The notes beneath the pieces are model-generated. The model did no database searches, was not told the DNA's origin, and was given only the letters and a program-made list of their open reading frames with translations. From Allosphingosinicella sp. (GTDB lineage: Bacteria; Pseudomonadota; Alphaproteobacteria; Sphingomonadales; Sphingomonadaceae), in contig DASVPM010000314.1 of assembly GCA_036382815.1 (NCBI GenBank), positions 1 to 53,941 of the forward strand: DNA of 53,941 nucleotides. The letters run 5' to 3'. A program made the position numbers and the translations under genes. Shown piece after piece: positions 1-9,833 of the stretch. The stretch's first letter is position 1, and the number at the start of each line of letters is the position of its first letter.

Positions 1-1
1 G

Positions 2-211
2 GTCCTGCTGGGCCAGGGCATCCGTCCCCGCCGCTACGACCCTCTTGCCGACACCGTGGACGAGGGCGAGATCCGCCAGACCCTGGCGCGCATGGCCCCT
101 TTCATTCGCCAGGCGGCCGAGACGATGCCGACCCACTCCGACTTTCTGGCTGGGCTCGGCCGTTCGAGCGCCGCTGCCCGGACCGCGACACCCAAGGGAG
201 CTTTTGCGTGA
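2..211 (+). CDS. Tryptophan halogenase-family flavoprotein, C-terminal fragment (5' truncated by window)
   Basis: Frame 2 reads [17 protein letters not shown]...[12 protein letters not shown]...*, which resembles the C-terminus of the next gene ([17 protein letters not shown]...[12 protein letters not shown]). The TGA at 209-211 overlaps the next GTG start. Confidence 0.8.
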   Translation, partial: VLLGQGIRPRRYDPLADTVDEGEIRQTLARMAPFIRQAAETMPTHSDFLAGLGRSSAAARTATPKGAFA

Positions 212-1728
212 CCGACCAACGAATCCGCAGCATAGTCATCGTCGGCGGCGGTACGGCCGGCTGGATGGCCGCGGCGACCCTCGCGAAAATCCTGACGACG
301 CAATATTGCACCGTCACCCTCATCGAATCCGACGAGATCGGAATCATCGGAGTCGGCGAGGCCACCATCCCGCAGATGGCGACCTTCAACCGGATGCTCG
401 AGCTCGACGAGGACGACTTCGTCCGCGAGACCAAGGGCACGTTCAAGCTCGGCATCGAGTTCCACAATTGGGGCCGGCAGGGCCACCGCTACTTCCACCC
501 GTTCGGCTCCTACGGGCTCAACATGGAGGGCGTTTCGTTCCACGCCCACTGGCTGCGCCTCCACCAGCTCGGCGAGGCGCCGCGGCTCGACGAATGGTCG
601 CTTCCCGCGCTCGCCGGCGAGCGCGGCAAGTTCATGCGTCCGTTCGACGCCGGCAACTCGCCGCTCTCGCAGATCGCCTATGCCTATCATTTCGACGCGG
701 GCCTCTACGCACGCTATCTTCGCCGCTACGCCGAAGGACGCGGAATCGTCCGCCGCGAGGGGAAGATCGTCGACGTCAGCCTGCGGGGCGAAGACGGCTT
801 CGTGGACTCGGTGACGCTGGAGAGCGGCGACAAGGTCGAAGCGGATTTCTTCATCGACTGCTCGGGCTTCCGCGGCCTGATCATCGAGCAGGCGCTGAAG
901 GCGGGCTATGAGGACTGGTCGCACTATCTCCCGTGCAACCGGGCCATCGCCGTCCCCTGCGAAAGCGTCCCCGAGATCACGCCCTACACGCGATCCACCG
1001 CGCACACCGCCGGCTGGCAGTGGCGGATCCCGCTTCAGCACCGGACCGGCAACGGCCACGTCTTCTCGAGCGACTTCATGTCGGACGACGAGGCGGCCGA
1101 CATCCTCCTGCGCAATCTGGACGGAAAGCCCCTCGCCGACCCCAGGGTCGTTCCTTTCAAGACGGGACGGCGCAAGCAGTTCTGGATCAAGAATTGCGTC
1201 GCTTTGGGCCTTGCCGCGGGCTTCATGGAGCCGCTCGAATCGACCAGCATCTGGCTCGTCCAGAGCGGCCTTTCGCGGCTGATGACCATGTTCCCCGATC
1301 GCACCTTCCAGCAGGCGGACATCGACCGGTTCAACCGGATCGTTCTCAACGAATATGAGATCGTCCGCGAATTCCTCGTGCTCCACTACAAGGCGACCGA
1401 GCGGGACGATTCCCCGTTCTGGGACTATTGCCGAAACATGCCGATCCCGGAGCGGCTGGCCGAGAAGATCCGGGTGTTCGAGGCCTATGGCCGCACCTTC
1501 CGCGAGAATGACGAGCTGTTCAACGACACCAGCTGGTTCGCGGTGATGATCGGCCAGCTGATGAAGGCACGGACCTACGATCCCGTCGCCGACATCATGC
1601 CGATCGAGGAGACCCGCCGGCGCCTCAGGCATATCGCCGAGGCGACCCACAATTCCGCCGAATATATGCCGACGCACCGGCAGTTCATCCTCGACAATTG
1701 CGCCGCTCCGGAGCTCGCGGCGGCATGA
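208..1728 (+). CDS. Tryptophan halogenase-family flavin-dependent protein (PrnA/RebH-like)
   Basis: Motifs GGGTAG (FAD), [14 protein letters not shown] (catalytic Lys position), GWQWRIP (WxWxIP) and EPLESTS. Confidence 0.92.
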   Translation: MTDQRIRSIVIVGGGTAGWMAAATLAKILTTQYCTVTLIESDEIGIIGVGEATIPQMATFNRMLELDEDDFVRETKGTFKLGIEFHNWGRQGHRYFHPFGSYGLNMEGVSFHAHWLRLHQLGEAPRLDEWSLPALAGERGKFMRPFDAGNSPLSQIAYAYHFDAGLYARYLRRYAEGRGIVRREGKIVDVSLRGEDGFVDSVTLESGDKVEADFFIDCSGFRGLIIEQALKAGYEDWSHYLPCNRAIAVPCESVPEITPYTRSTAHTAGWQWRIPLQHRTGNGHVFSSDFMSDDEAADILLRNLDGKPLADPRVVPFKTGRRKQFWIKNCVALGLAAGFMEPLESTSIWLVQSGLSRLMTMFPDRTFQQADIDRFNRIVLNEYEIVREFLVLHYKATERDDSPFWDYCRNMPIPERLAEKIRVFEAYGRTFRENDELFNDTSWFAVMIGQLMKARTYDPVADIMPIEETRRRLRHIAEATHNSAEYMPTHRQFILDNCAAPELAAA

Positions 1729-3413
1729 TCGGCAGGCTGCTTCCATTTGCGCTTCTGGTCCTCGCCGGCTGCGCGGGCGTCGATGCCCGGCCACGGAGCG
1801 GAGCGGCGCGCTTCGACTGGTTCGAATATCGCGTCTCGGACGCGAGCGACTCGGTGCCAATCGGCCCGGGCGACTATCGCAATCCGATCCTGAAGGGCTT
1901 CTATCCGGATCCGAGCCTCACCCGCGCCGGCGACGATTTCTATCTCGTCACGTCCACCTTCGCCTATTTCCCCGGACTTCCGGTCTTCCGCAGCCGCGAT
2001 CTCGTCCACTGGACCCAGATCGGCAACGCGATCGACCGTCCGGGCCAGCTCGATTTCGGCAAGCTCGGCCTGTCGCGCGGGGTCTTCGCGCCCGACATCT
2101 CCGAGCATGGCGGCACCTTCTACATCCTCAACACCTGCGTCGATTGCGGCGGCAATTTCGTGATCACTGCCAGGGATCCCGCGGGCCCCTGGTCGGACCC
2201 GGTCTGGCTGCCCGAGCTCGAAGGCGGCATCGATCCTTCCCTGTTCTTCGACGACGACGGCAAGGTCTGGGTCCTCAACAACGGCCCCCCGGAGGGGCAG
2301 CCGCTCTACGAGGGGCACCGCGCGATCTGGATCCAGCGTTTCGACCCGGCGGCGAAGAAGACGTTCGGGCCGCGCAGGCTGCTCGTGAACGGCGGCGTCG
2401 ATATTTCGAAGAAGCCGATCTGGATCGAGGGGCCGCACATCCTGCGCAAGGACGGCTGGTATTTCCTGATCGCCGCCGAGGGCGGCACCGCCGAAGGCCA
2501 TTCGCAGGTCGTTCTGCGCAGCCGCAACGTCACCGGCCCCTACATCGCCTATTCCGGCAATCCGATCCTCACCCAGCGCGACCTGCCGCGCGACCGCGCG
2601 GATCCGATCGCTTCGGCCGGACACGCGGATTTCGTCGAAACCGCGGCGGGCGAATGGTGGGCCACCTTCCTCGCCGTGCGTCCCTATTCCGGGGATTTCT
2701 ACAACACCGGCCGCGAAACTTTCCTCCTGCCGGTCTCCTGGCCGGACGGATGGCCGCGGATCACGGGACCGGGCCAGGCCATTCCCTGGACCCACTCCCG
2801 CCCCAAGCTGCCGCCGCAGCCGGATCCGGCTGTGCCGACGAGCGGCGCCTTTGCCGTCCGCGACGAATTCAAGGGGCCGGGCTTGCCGCCTTATTGGATG
2901 ATGATGCGCAATCCGCGCAGCGACTGGTACGCGCTTCGCGATGGACACCTCGAGATGGAGGCGAGGCCCGCCGGCCTCGGCGATTTCGCCAATCCCTCCT
3001 TTCTCGCCCGCCGCCAGCAGCATCTCACCGCCTCGGCCTCGGCCCTCGTCCGTTTCTCGCCGGCGTCGGACTCCGGCGAAGCGGGCCTGGTGGCGCTGCA
3101 GAATGACGAATATTGGTATTTCCTCGCGGTCGGCCGCGAAGCCGGGCGGCCCGTCATCCGCCTGAAGCGCCGCTCGGGCGCGGAGCCCACCACGCTTGCG
3201 ACCGTACCGCTCGACGTCCGCCCGGGCGCGCCCGTCCGCCTGAAGATCGAGGCCCGGGGCGGCGTTTACGACTTCTCTTATGCGACCGGCCGGGGCGGTT
3301 GGACGAGCCTGCGCCGGGGAGAGGACGGCACGATGCTCAGCACCCGCAGCGCCGGCGGTTTCGTCGGCGCCGTGTTCGGTCTCCACGCTCACTCCGGAAC
3401 GGCGAACCCATGA
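1725..3413 (+). CDS. GH43 beta-xylosidase/alpha-L-arabinofuranosidase, lipoprotein
   Basis: NPILKGFYPDPS, IDPSLF, WIEGPH and GHAD motifs plus a C-terminal beta-sandwich. Lipobox LAGC. ATG at 1725 overlaps the upstream stop (ATGA). Confidence 0.9.
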   Translation: MIGRLLPFALLVLAGCAGVDARPRSGAARFDWFEYRVSDASDSVPIGPGDYRNPILKGFYPDPSLTRAGDDFYLVTSTFAYFPGLPVFRSRDLVHWTQIGNAIDRPGQLDFGKLGLSRGVFAPDISEHGGTFYILNTCVDCGGNFVITARDPAGPWSDPVWLPELEGGIDPSLFFDDDGKVWVLNNGPPEGQPLYEGHRAIWIQRFDPAAKKTFGPRRLLVNGGVDISKKPIWIEGPHILRKDGWYFLIAAEGGTAEGHSQVVLRSRNVTGPYIAYSGNPILTQRDLPRDRADPIASAGHADFVETAAGEWWATFLAVRPYSGDFYNTGRETFLLPVSWPDGWPRITGPGQAIPWTHSRPKLPPQPDPAVPTSGAFAVRDEFKGPGLPPYWMMMRNPRSDWYALRDGHLEMEARPAGLGDFANPSFLARRQQHLTASASALVRFSPASDSGEAGLVALQNDEYWYFLAVGREAGRPVIRLKRRSGAEPTTLATVPLDVRPGAPVRLKIEARGGVYDFSYATGRGGWTSLRRGEDGTMLSTRSAGGFVGAVFGLHAHSGTANP

Positions 3414-6088
3414 TCCCTCCAAGCCGAGCGCTTCTCGCCGCGTCGGCGGCTTTCCTGGCCGCCGCCGAATCGCCTCCCGCGCAGATCCGGCTCAACCAGG
3501 TAGGATTGCTTCCCGACGGTCCGAAGCGCGCGATGCTCCCGAGCGCGGAGAAACGCCCCCTGCCCTGGCGGCTCACCGATCGCGACGGCAAGGTCGTGGC
3601 GTCGGGGAATACCGAGGTCTTCGGCGTCGACCGCTGGTCGGGCGAGCATGTCCACCGCATCGACTTCACGTCGGTGCGGCGCGCGGGCTCGGGCTATCGG
3701 CTGCAAGCCGGCGGAGCGCAGAGCCGGCCGTTCGCCATCTCCGCCGACGCCTTCCAGCGCCTTCCCGGCGCCGCGCTGAGCTATTTCTACCAGAATCGCG
3801 CGGGCATTCCGATCGAGGCGCGGTTCGCCGGCGGCCCGCAATGGGCGCGGCCGGCCGGTCACCCCGACGAAAGGGCGACATGCGTCTCGGGCAAGGATTC
3901 GAAAGGCAATGCCTGGCCGGGCTGTTCCTACACGCTCGACGTCGCCGGCGGGTGGTACGACGCCGGCGACCACGGGAAATATGTCGTCAACGCCGGCATC
4001 AGCGTCTGGACCTTGATGAACCTCTACGAACGCGGGCGGCTTCGCGGCGCGCCCGGCCCCTTCCCGGACGGGGCGGCCGCGATCCCCGAAGCCGGCAACG
4101 GCGTCAGCGACATTCTCGACGAAGCGCGCTGGGAAATCGAATTCCTCCTCAAGATGCAGGTGCCCGAGGGCACGCGCCTGCGCCTGCCCGTGGGCGCGAA
4201 GGAGAGCGCGCCGGGCCTCGCCTTCAGCGAGATCGACGCCTCGGGAATGGCGCACCACAAGGTCGCGGACGAAAAGTGGACGCCGCTGCCGACGGCGCCT
4301 CACAAAGACCCGGAGAGGCGGCAGCTCTTCCCGCCCAGCACCGGGGCCACCCTCAACCTCGCCGCCGCCGCCGCTCAATGCGCCCGCCTCTGGCGCGAGA
4401 TCGACGCCACCTTCTCAGCCCGCTGCCTCGCCGCCGCCGAGCGGGCCTGGACCGCGGCGCGGCGCAACCCGAACATCTATCCGATCGCCGACTTCACCGG
4501 CAGCGGAGCCTATGGCGACACCGATTTCACCGATGAATTCTATTGGGCCGCGGCCGAGCTTTTCCTGACGACCCGAGATCCCCGTTACCAGGACGCCGTG
4601 AAGGCGTCGTCCTTCTACCGCGTCGGCCGAGTCCCGGAGCCGGGCTGGAACAGCGTGGCGGCGCTGGGGACGATTTCCCTCGCTCTCGCTCCGGACCTTC
4701 CCGGCGACGAACGGAGCCGCCAGCGCGCCGCCATCCTCGCCGCCGCCGACGCCTATCTCGCCGATTCGGCGAAGACGGGCTACGCCGTCCCCTACGCGCC
4801 GGCCCGGGGCTATCCGTGGGGATCGAGCGGCGCGATCCTCAACCGAGCCATCCTGCTCGCTTTGGCCCACGACTTCACCGGCGACGCGCAGTACCGTGAC
4901 GGAGTCGTCGACGCGCTCGACTTCATTCTCGGCCGCAACCCGCTCGACCGCTCGTTCGTCAGCGGATTCGGGGCGAGGCCGATGGCAAACCCCCATCACC
5001 GCTTCTGGGCACGTCAGTTCGATCCCGCGTTCCCGCCGCCGCCGCCCGGCGGCCTGTCCGGCGGCCCCAACGACACGGCCATGGCCGAGGAGGTGGCCCG
5101 CGCCCTGAAGGGCAGGTGCGCGCCGCAGACCTGCTGGGCCGACGACGCCCGCGCCTTCAGCCTGAACGAAGTCGCGATCAACTGGAACGCGCCGCTCGTC
5201 TGGGTTTCCGCCTGGGCGGCCGAGCCGTCGAAATCGGGGCCGGCGCCCCGGCTCGCGATCACCATCGACGATTTGCCCGTTCACCGCGAGCTGCCGCCCG
5301 GAGAAACGCCGCTCGGGATCGCGCGGCAGGTCATCGCCGCGTTCAAGGCCGCGAAGGTCCCGGCGGTTCACGGCTTCGTCAACGGCGGCTGGACCGAGCG
5401 TCAACCCGAAACCGAAAAGGTGCTTCGCGCCTGGACCGAGGCCGGCTTTCCGCTCGGCAACCACACCTGGAGCCACAGCGACGCCAACTCGGCCACGGTC
5501 GCCGAATATGAGCGGGAGATCGCCCGCAATGAGCCGCTTCTGAAGCGCCTCGGCGGCCGCGACTGGCGCTGGTTCCGTTACCCCTTCCTGGCGGAGGGCG
5601 AGATGCCGGAAAAGCGGGCGGCGGTCCGCGCCATTCTCGCCCGGCGCGGGTACCGGGTGGCCGACGTCACGATGGACTTTTCGGACTGGCGGTGGACCGC
5701 GCCTTATGCCCGTTGCAAGGCTGACGGCAACGAGGCGGCCATCGCGTCGATGGAGCGCGCCTATCTGGATTCGGCGCAAGAGAATATTGTTTTCTATCGC
5801 AGCCTCTCCCAGAGTCTCTACGGACGCGACATCCCGTACGTGCTGCTGATGCACATCGGCGCGTTCGACGCCCGAATGCTGCCCCGGCTGCTCGACCTGT
5901 ACCGGAGGGAGGGATTCCGCTTCGTCACCCTCGCCGAGGCGGAACGCGATCCTTTCTATCGCGAGGCCATCGAGCCGTCGCTGCCGGCCGCGCCGCAGGG
6001 CCTGGAGGGTCGTGCCGCCGCCCGCGGCCTCCAACTGCCGCCGCGGAAGAGCCATGCGGCCATGCTCGACCTGCTTTGCCGGAAATAG
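3410..6088 (+). CDS. Secreted GH9 endoglucanase (N-terminal Ig-like domain) fused to a C-terminal CE4/NodB polysaccharide deacetylase domain
   Basis: IRLNQVG (Ig-like), GGWYDAGDHGKY, PHHR and NEVAINWNAPLVW (GH9), then LAITIDDLP, GNHTWSH, FRYPF and LLMH (CE4). ATG at 3410 overlaps the GH43 stop. Confidence 0.88.
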   Translation: MIPPSRALLAASAAFLAAAESPPAQIRLNQVGLLPDGPKRAMLPSAEKRPLPWRLTDRDGKVVASGNTEVFGVDRWSGEHVHRIDFTSVRRAGSGYRLQAGGAQSRPFAISADAFQRLPGAALSYFYQNRAGIPIEARFAGGPQWARPAGHPDERATCVSGKDSKGNAWPGCSYTLDVAGGWYDAGDHGKYVVNAGISVWTLMNLYERGRLRGAPGPFPDGAAAIPEAGNGVSDILDEARWEIEFLLKMQVPEGTRLRLPVGAKESAPGLAFSEIDASGMAHHKVADEKWTPLPTAPHKDPERRQLFPPSTGATLNLAAAAAQCARLWREIDATFSARCLAAAERAWTAARRNPNIYPIADFTGSGAYGDTDFTDEFYWAAAELFLTTRDPRYQDAVKASSFYRVGRVPEPGWNSVAALGTISLALAPDLPGDERSRQRAAILAAADAYLADSAKTGYAVPYAPARGYPWGSSGAILNRAILLALAHDFTGDAQYRDGVVDALDFILGRNPLDRSFVSGFGARPMANPHHRFWARQFDPAFPPPPPGGLSGGPNDTAMAEEVARALKGRCAPQTCWADDARAFSLNEVAINWNAPLVWVSAWAAEPSKSGPAPRLAITIDDLPVHRELPPGETPLGIARQVIAAFKAAKVPAVHGFVNGGWTERQPETEKVLRAWTEAGFPLGNHTWSHSDANSATVAEYEREIARNEPLLKRLGGRDWRWFRYPFLAEGEMPEKRAAVRAILARRGYRVADVTMDFSDWRWTAPYARCKADGNEAAIASMERAYLDSAQENIVFYRSLSQSLYGRDIPYVLLMHIGAFDARMLPRLLDLYRREGFRFVTLAEAERDPFYREAIEPSLPAAPQGLEGRAAARGLQLPPRKSHAAMLDLLCRK

Positions 6089-6102
6089 CCCGGCGCTGGG
6101 CG

Positions 6103-8520
6103 TCAGCGCGCGCCCACCGTCAGCTTCGCGCTCTTCAGGTCGACCGAATTCGGCCCCGAGGAAATGGTGAAGGTGCCGGGCTCCACCACCTTCTTCATCT
6201 CCATGCTCCACATAGCGAGGTCGTCGGGGCGAAGCTCGAAGATGATTGTCCGGCGCTCGCCGGGTTTCAGAGTGACTCTCTGGAAACGCTTCAGCTCGAG
6301 CACGGGACGCGTCACCGATGCCTCGTCGTCGCGCACGTAGAGCTGGACCACCTCGTCGCCCGCGCGGCGGCCGGTGTTGACCACGTCGACGCTTACCCGC
6401 GCATTTTCACCTGCCCTGATCCGGGCGTCGGCGAGCCGCGGCGCGGAGACTTCGAAGCGCGTGTAGCTGAGGCCGTAGCCGAACGGGTAGAGCGGCGCCG
6501 TAGAATCGAAGAGATAGCCGCGCCGGGCCGTGGGCTTGCGGTTGTAGAAGACCGGCAACTGGCCGACCGACCGGGCGATCGTCACCGGCAGCTTCCCGCC
6601 CGGATTTGCTTTCCCGAACAGGATGTCGGCGACCGCGTTTCCCGTCTCCTGGCCGAGATACCAGCCCTCGAGGAGGGCGGGCGCGTTCTCGGCGAGATAA
6701 TTGACCGACAAGGGCCGCCCGTTGAGCAGAACCACCACGGTCGGCTTGCCCAGGGCGAGTACCGCCCGGGCCAGATCCTCCTGCTGGCCGACGAGATCGA
6801 GCGAGGAACGGTCGCCGAGATGCTGGTCCGCCCAGGCCTCGCGGCTGAGCTGCTCGTTGTCGCCCAGCACCATTACGACGACGTCCGCCTTTCGCGCCGT
6901 TTCCACGGCTTGGGCGATAAGGCGGCGATTTTCCTCGGCCGGCACCAGATCAACGGGATCGGCGGACCAGGACCGGCTCCGGGTGAGCCGAACCGCTTCC
7001 GCATAGTCGATCTCGAATTTCCCGTTCGAGGCGTTCCGGATGCCTTCCAGGACGCTGACCACATGGCGCGGCTCGTCGCTATAGCCCCCGATCGGCGTGT
7101 CGCGGGCATGGGTGCCGAGCACCGCCAGGCGCCTGATCCTGCCGGGGTCGAGGGGCAGCAGATCCTTCTCGTTCCTGAGCAGGACGATGGCCTTGCGCGC
7201 GGCTTCGCGGGCCAGGGCGACGGCGTCCGGAGTCGCCGTTTTCGCTTCCGCCGTCGCGGCATCGGCATAGGGATTCTCGAACAGTCCGGCCTGGAACTTC
7301 ATCATCAGCACCCGGCGAACGGCCTGGTCCACCAGCGCCTGCGGCACCCGGCCGGAACGGACCAGCCCGGGAAGATGCGCATAGGCCTCGTCGTCAGGAG
7401 TCTCGGCGTCGACCCCGGACTTGATCGCCCGCTCGGCCGCGTCCTCGATGTTCCCGAACATCTTGTGGCGGGTCATCATCTCCCGGATCGCGAAATAATC
7501 GCTGACGACCGCGCCCTTGAAGCCCCACTCGCGGCGAAGCACCTCGTTTAGAAGCCAGGGATTGCCGTGGGAGGGAATGCCGTCGATCTCGTTGTACGAG
7601 GCCATGACCGAGCGGACGGGAAGCTCCTTCACCGCCCGTTCGAACGGCGGGAAGAAATTCTCGCGCAAGGTGCGCTCGGAAATGTTCGCCGGGCCGATGT
7701 TGGTTCCGTTCTCCGGCTGACCGTGGCCGGTCAGATGCTTGAGCGTGACGAACACCTTGTCGCGCTCGAGCGGCAGGGTTCGCCCCTGGAAGCCGCGGAT
7801 CGCGGCGAGCCCCATCTCGCCGACGAGATAGGGATCCTCGCCATAGGTCTCCTCGATCCGGCCCCAGCGGGGATCGCGGGCGACGTCGACGACGGGCGCC
7901 AGAGCGAGGTTGGCCCCCCGCGCGCGCATCTCGCGCGCGGCGACCGTGAAGACCCGCTCGACGAGCGCCGGATCCCAGGTGCTGGCGAGGCCGATCGATT
8001 GCGGAAAGCTGGTGGCGCCGCGGGCGACATAGCCGTGCAGCGCCTCCTCGTGGAGCAGGAGGGGGATTCCGAGACGGGTCCGCTCCACGGCCCAGCGCTG
8101 GGCGGCATTGACATATTCGGCCGTGTCGCGAGCTTCGCGATTGGCGCCGGCGGTGGCGCCCGCGGCGGCGTTGGAGACGGTCACTCCGCGCTTGTCGGAA
8201 GGGCGGGCGATCTGGCCGAGGCCGTTGGGAAAGGCCTTCGAAGCCTTCTCCGGCGAAAAAGCGCCCTCCGGCGTCTGGACCTTGTCCTTATGCTCCCACA
8301 CGGTGACCAGCTGCGCCGCCTTCTCCTCGAGCGTCATCCTCGCGAGCAGATCCTCGATCCGTCGCTCGACCGGCTGCGCAGGATCCTTGTAAAGCGGGCG
8401 CTGCGGCGAAACTTGGGCGATCGCCGGCCGGGCGGCCGGAACGGCTGCGAGCCCGGCAAGGGAGACGGCGGCCAGGGCGAACGCGCCCCGCAAGGCCGGG
8501 CGCCGGGTGCATGACGTCAT
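6103..8520 (-). CDS. GH3 beta-glucosidase/beta-xylosidase (periplasmic, Fn3-like C-terminus)
   Basis: EEALHG, RDPRWGRIEETYGEDP, KH, VMASYN, VVSDY and PLYPFGYGLSYT motifs; signal peptide. Start chosen at ATG 8520 with RBS AGGAGAG; the longer tracked ORF is a read-through antisense to lacI. Confidence 0.92.
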   Translation of the reverse strand: MTSCTRRPALRGAFALAAVSLAGLAAVPAARPAIAQVSPQRPLYKDPAQPVERRIEDLLARMTLEEKAAQLVTVWEHKDKVQTPEGAFSPEKASKAFPNGLGQIARPSDKRGVTVSNAAAGATAGANREARDTAEYVNAAQRWAVERTRLGIPLLLHEEALHGYVARGATSFPQSIGLASTWDPALVERVFTVAAREMRARGANLALAPVVDVARDPRWGRIEETYGEDPYLVGEMGLAAIRGFQGRTLPLERDKVFVTLKHLTGHGQPENGTNIGPANISERTLRENFFPPFERAVKELPVRSVMASYNEIDGIPSHGNPWLLNEVLRREWGFKGAVVSDYFAIREMMTRHKMFGNIEDAAERAIKSGVDAETPDDEAYAHLPGLVRSGRVPQALVDQAVRRVLMMKFQAGLFENPYADAATAEAKTATPDAVALAREAARKAIVLLRNEKDLLPLDPGRIRRLAVLGTHARDTPIGGYSDEPRHVVSVLEGIRNASNGKFEIDYAEAVRLTRSRSWSADPVDLVPAEENRRLIAQAVETARKADVVVMVLGDNEQLSREAWADQHLGDRSSLDLVGQQEDLARAVLALGKPTVVVLLNGRPLSVNYLAENAPALLEGWYLGQETGNAVADILFGKANPGGKLPVTIARSVGQLPVFYNRKPTARRGYLFDSTAPLYPFGYGLSYTRFEVSAPRLADARIRAGENARVSVDVVNTGRRAGDEVVQLYVRDDEASVTRPVLELKRFQRVTLKPGERRTIIFELRPDDLAMWSMEMKKVVEPGTFTISSGPNSVDLKSAKLTVGAR

Positions 8521-8553
8521 GATCCTCTCCTGATCGCCCTTAACGGGTCTCTT

Positions 8554-8567
8554 TGATAGCGCTACCA
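8554..8567. promoter_or_regulatory. LacI/XylR-type operator TGATAGCGCTACCA
   Basis: Near-palindrome between the divergent GH3 and lacI genes. It matches three other sites in the locus and resembles the Caulobacter XylR operator as recalled (TGTTAGCGCTAACA-like). Confidence 0.8.
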
Positions 8568-8634
8568 TAAGGCCGTGCATCTGCGCATTGCAATGGGGTA
8601 GCGGCCCTCCTAGGCTGGCTGCGGAGGGTCCCGA

Positions 8635-9717
8635 ATGGCGAGGACGAGCCGCCGCAGCCGCGGCAGCGTTACGATCGAAGACGTCGCTCGCGCCGCCGGT
8701 GTTTCGGCGATGACGGTGTCGCGGGTTATGAACGGCGAAAAGAACGTCCGCGACAGCACGCGCGCCGCGGTGCGCGAGGCGATCGACCGGCTGAAATATT
8801 CCCCGAACACAGCGGCGCGCAGCCTCGCGGCCGGCCAGGCGACCCATATCGGCCTGCTCTATGCCAATCCCAGCGACGCCTATCTGAGCCAGTTCCTCGT
8901 CGGGGCCCTGGAAGGAGCGCGGCGCGCCGGCTGCCACCTCGTCATCGAGGCTTGCGAATATGAGCATGAAGCCGAGCAGGCGGAGGCCGCACGCCGCTTC
9001 GCGACGACCCAGGTCGAGGGGGTGATCCTTCCGCCGCCGCTGTCGGAATCGGTTCCAATCCTGACCGAGCTCGCCGCCGCGGAGATACCCGTGGTCACGG
9101 TCGCCATGGGCCACCTCTACGAGAATCCGCTCAACGTCCGCATCGACGATTTCGGCGCGGCGCGCGAGATGACCGAATATCTGCTCGCCCTCGGCCACCG
9201 GCGGATCGGGCTGATCAGGGGCTCGCCGACCCAGATCGCCAGCGGCGAACGCGATCGCGGCTTCAGGGCGGCTCTCGAGACCGCCGGCCTCGATCCGGAC
9301 GAGGCCGCGATCGAGCAGGGCGACTTCACCTTCCGCTCCGGCCTTTCGGCCGCCGAACGCCTGCTCGACCGGGCCGATCGGCCGACCGCGATCTTCGCCA
9401 GCAACGACGACATGGCGGCGGCGGCGGTGAGCGTCGCCCCTCGGCGCGGCCTCGCGGTTCCCGAAGACATCAGCATCGTCGGTTTCGACGACACCGCGCC
9501 CGCGACCACCGTCTGGCCCGAGCTGACCACGGTGCGTCAGCCCGTATCGGCCATGTCGGAGGCGGCGCTGGACCTCCTGCTCGCCGATCTCCGCGGCCGC
9601 CGCTCCGGCGCCGGGTCCGGCCAGGCCGAGCGCGTGCTCGACCATGAGCTCGTCATCCGCGAATCCTCGGGTCCGGCCGCGAGCCTTCAGCCCGCGAAGG
9701 CCCGGAAATCAGCGTGA
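8635..9717 (+). CDS. LacI-family transcriptional regulator (probable xylose/xylan regulon repressor, XylR-like)
   Basis: HTH VTIEDVARAAGVSAMTVSRV, YSPNTAARSL, and C-terminal VPEDISIVGFDD / LTTVRQP. Confidence 0.93.
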   Translation: MARTSRRSRGSVTIEDVARAAGVSAMTVSRVMNGEKNVRDSTRAAVREAIDRLKYSPNTAARSLAAGQATHIGLLYANPSDAYLSQFLVGALEGARRAGCHLVIEACEYEHEAEQAEAARRFATTQVEGVILPPPLSESVPILTELAAAEIPVVTVAMGHLYENPLNVRIDDFGAAREMTEYLLALGHRRIGLIRGSPTQIASGERDRGFRAALETAGLDPDEAAIEQGDFTFRSGLSAAERLLDRADRPTAIFASNDDMAAAAVSVAPRRGLAVPEDISIVGFDDTAPATTVWPELTTVRQPVSAMSEAALDLLLADLRGRRSGAGSGQAERVLDHELVIRESSGPAASLQPAKARKSA

Positions 9718-9765
9718 TGTCCCGGATCGGCGGGGAGGTTCAAATGAGGGCGTGATCATCAGGTA

Positions 9766-9779
9766 GGTTAACGCTAACA
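9766..9779. promoter_or_regulatory. LacI/XylR-type operator GGTTAACGCTAACA
   Basis: Motif variant about 55 bp upstream of the sugar porter start. Confidence 0.7.
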
Positions 9780-9833
9780 TCGAAGGCGAGAGCCGCCGTG
9801 CGAGTCGGCCCGCATCTTGGGAGGAGGATCGCA

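Noticed and set aside
6103-9645. 1180-aa ORF as a giant GH3 fusion
   Set aside because: The N-terminal 375 codons are antisense to lacI. The real start with RBS and signal peptide is at 8520.
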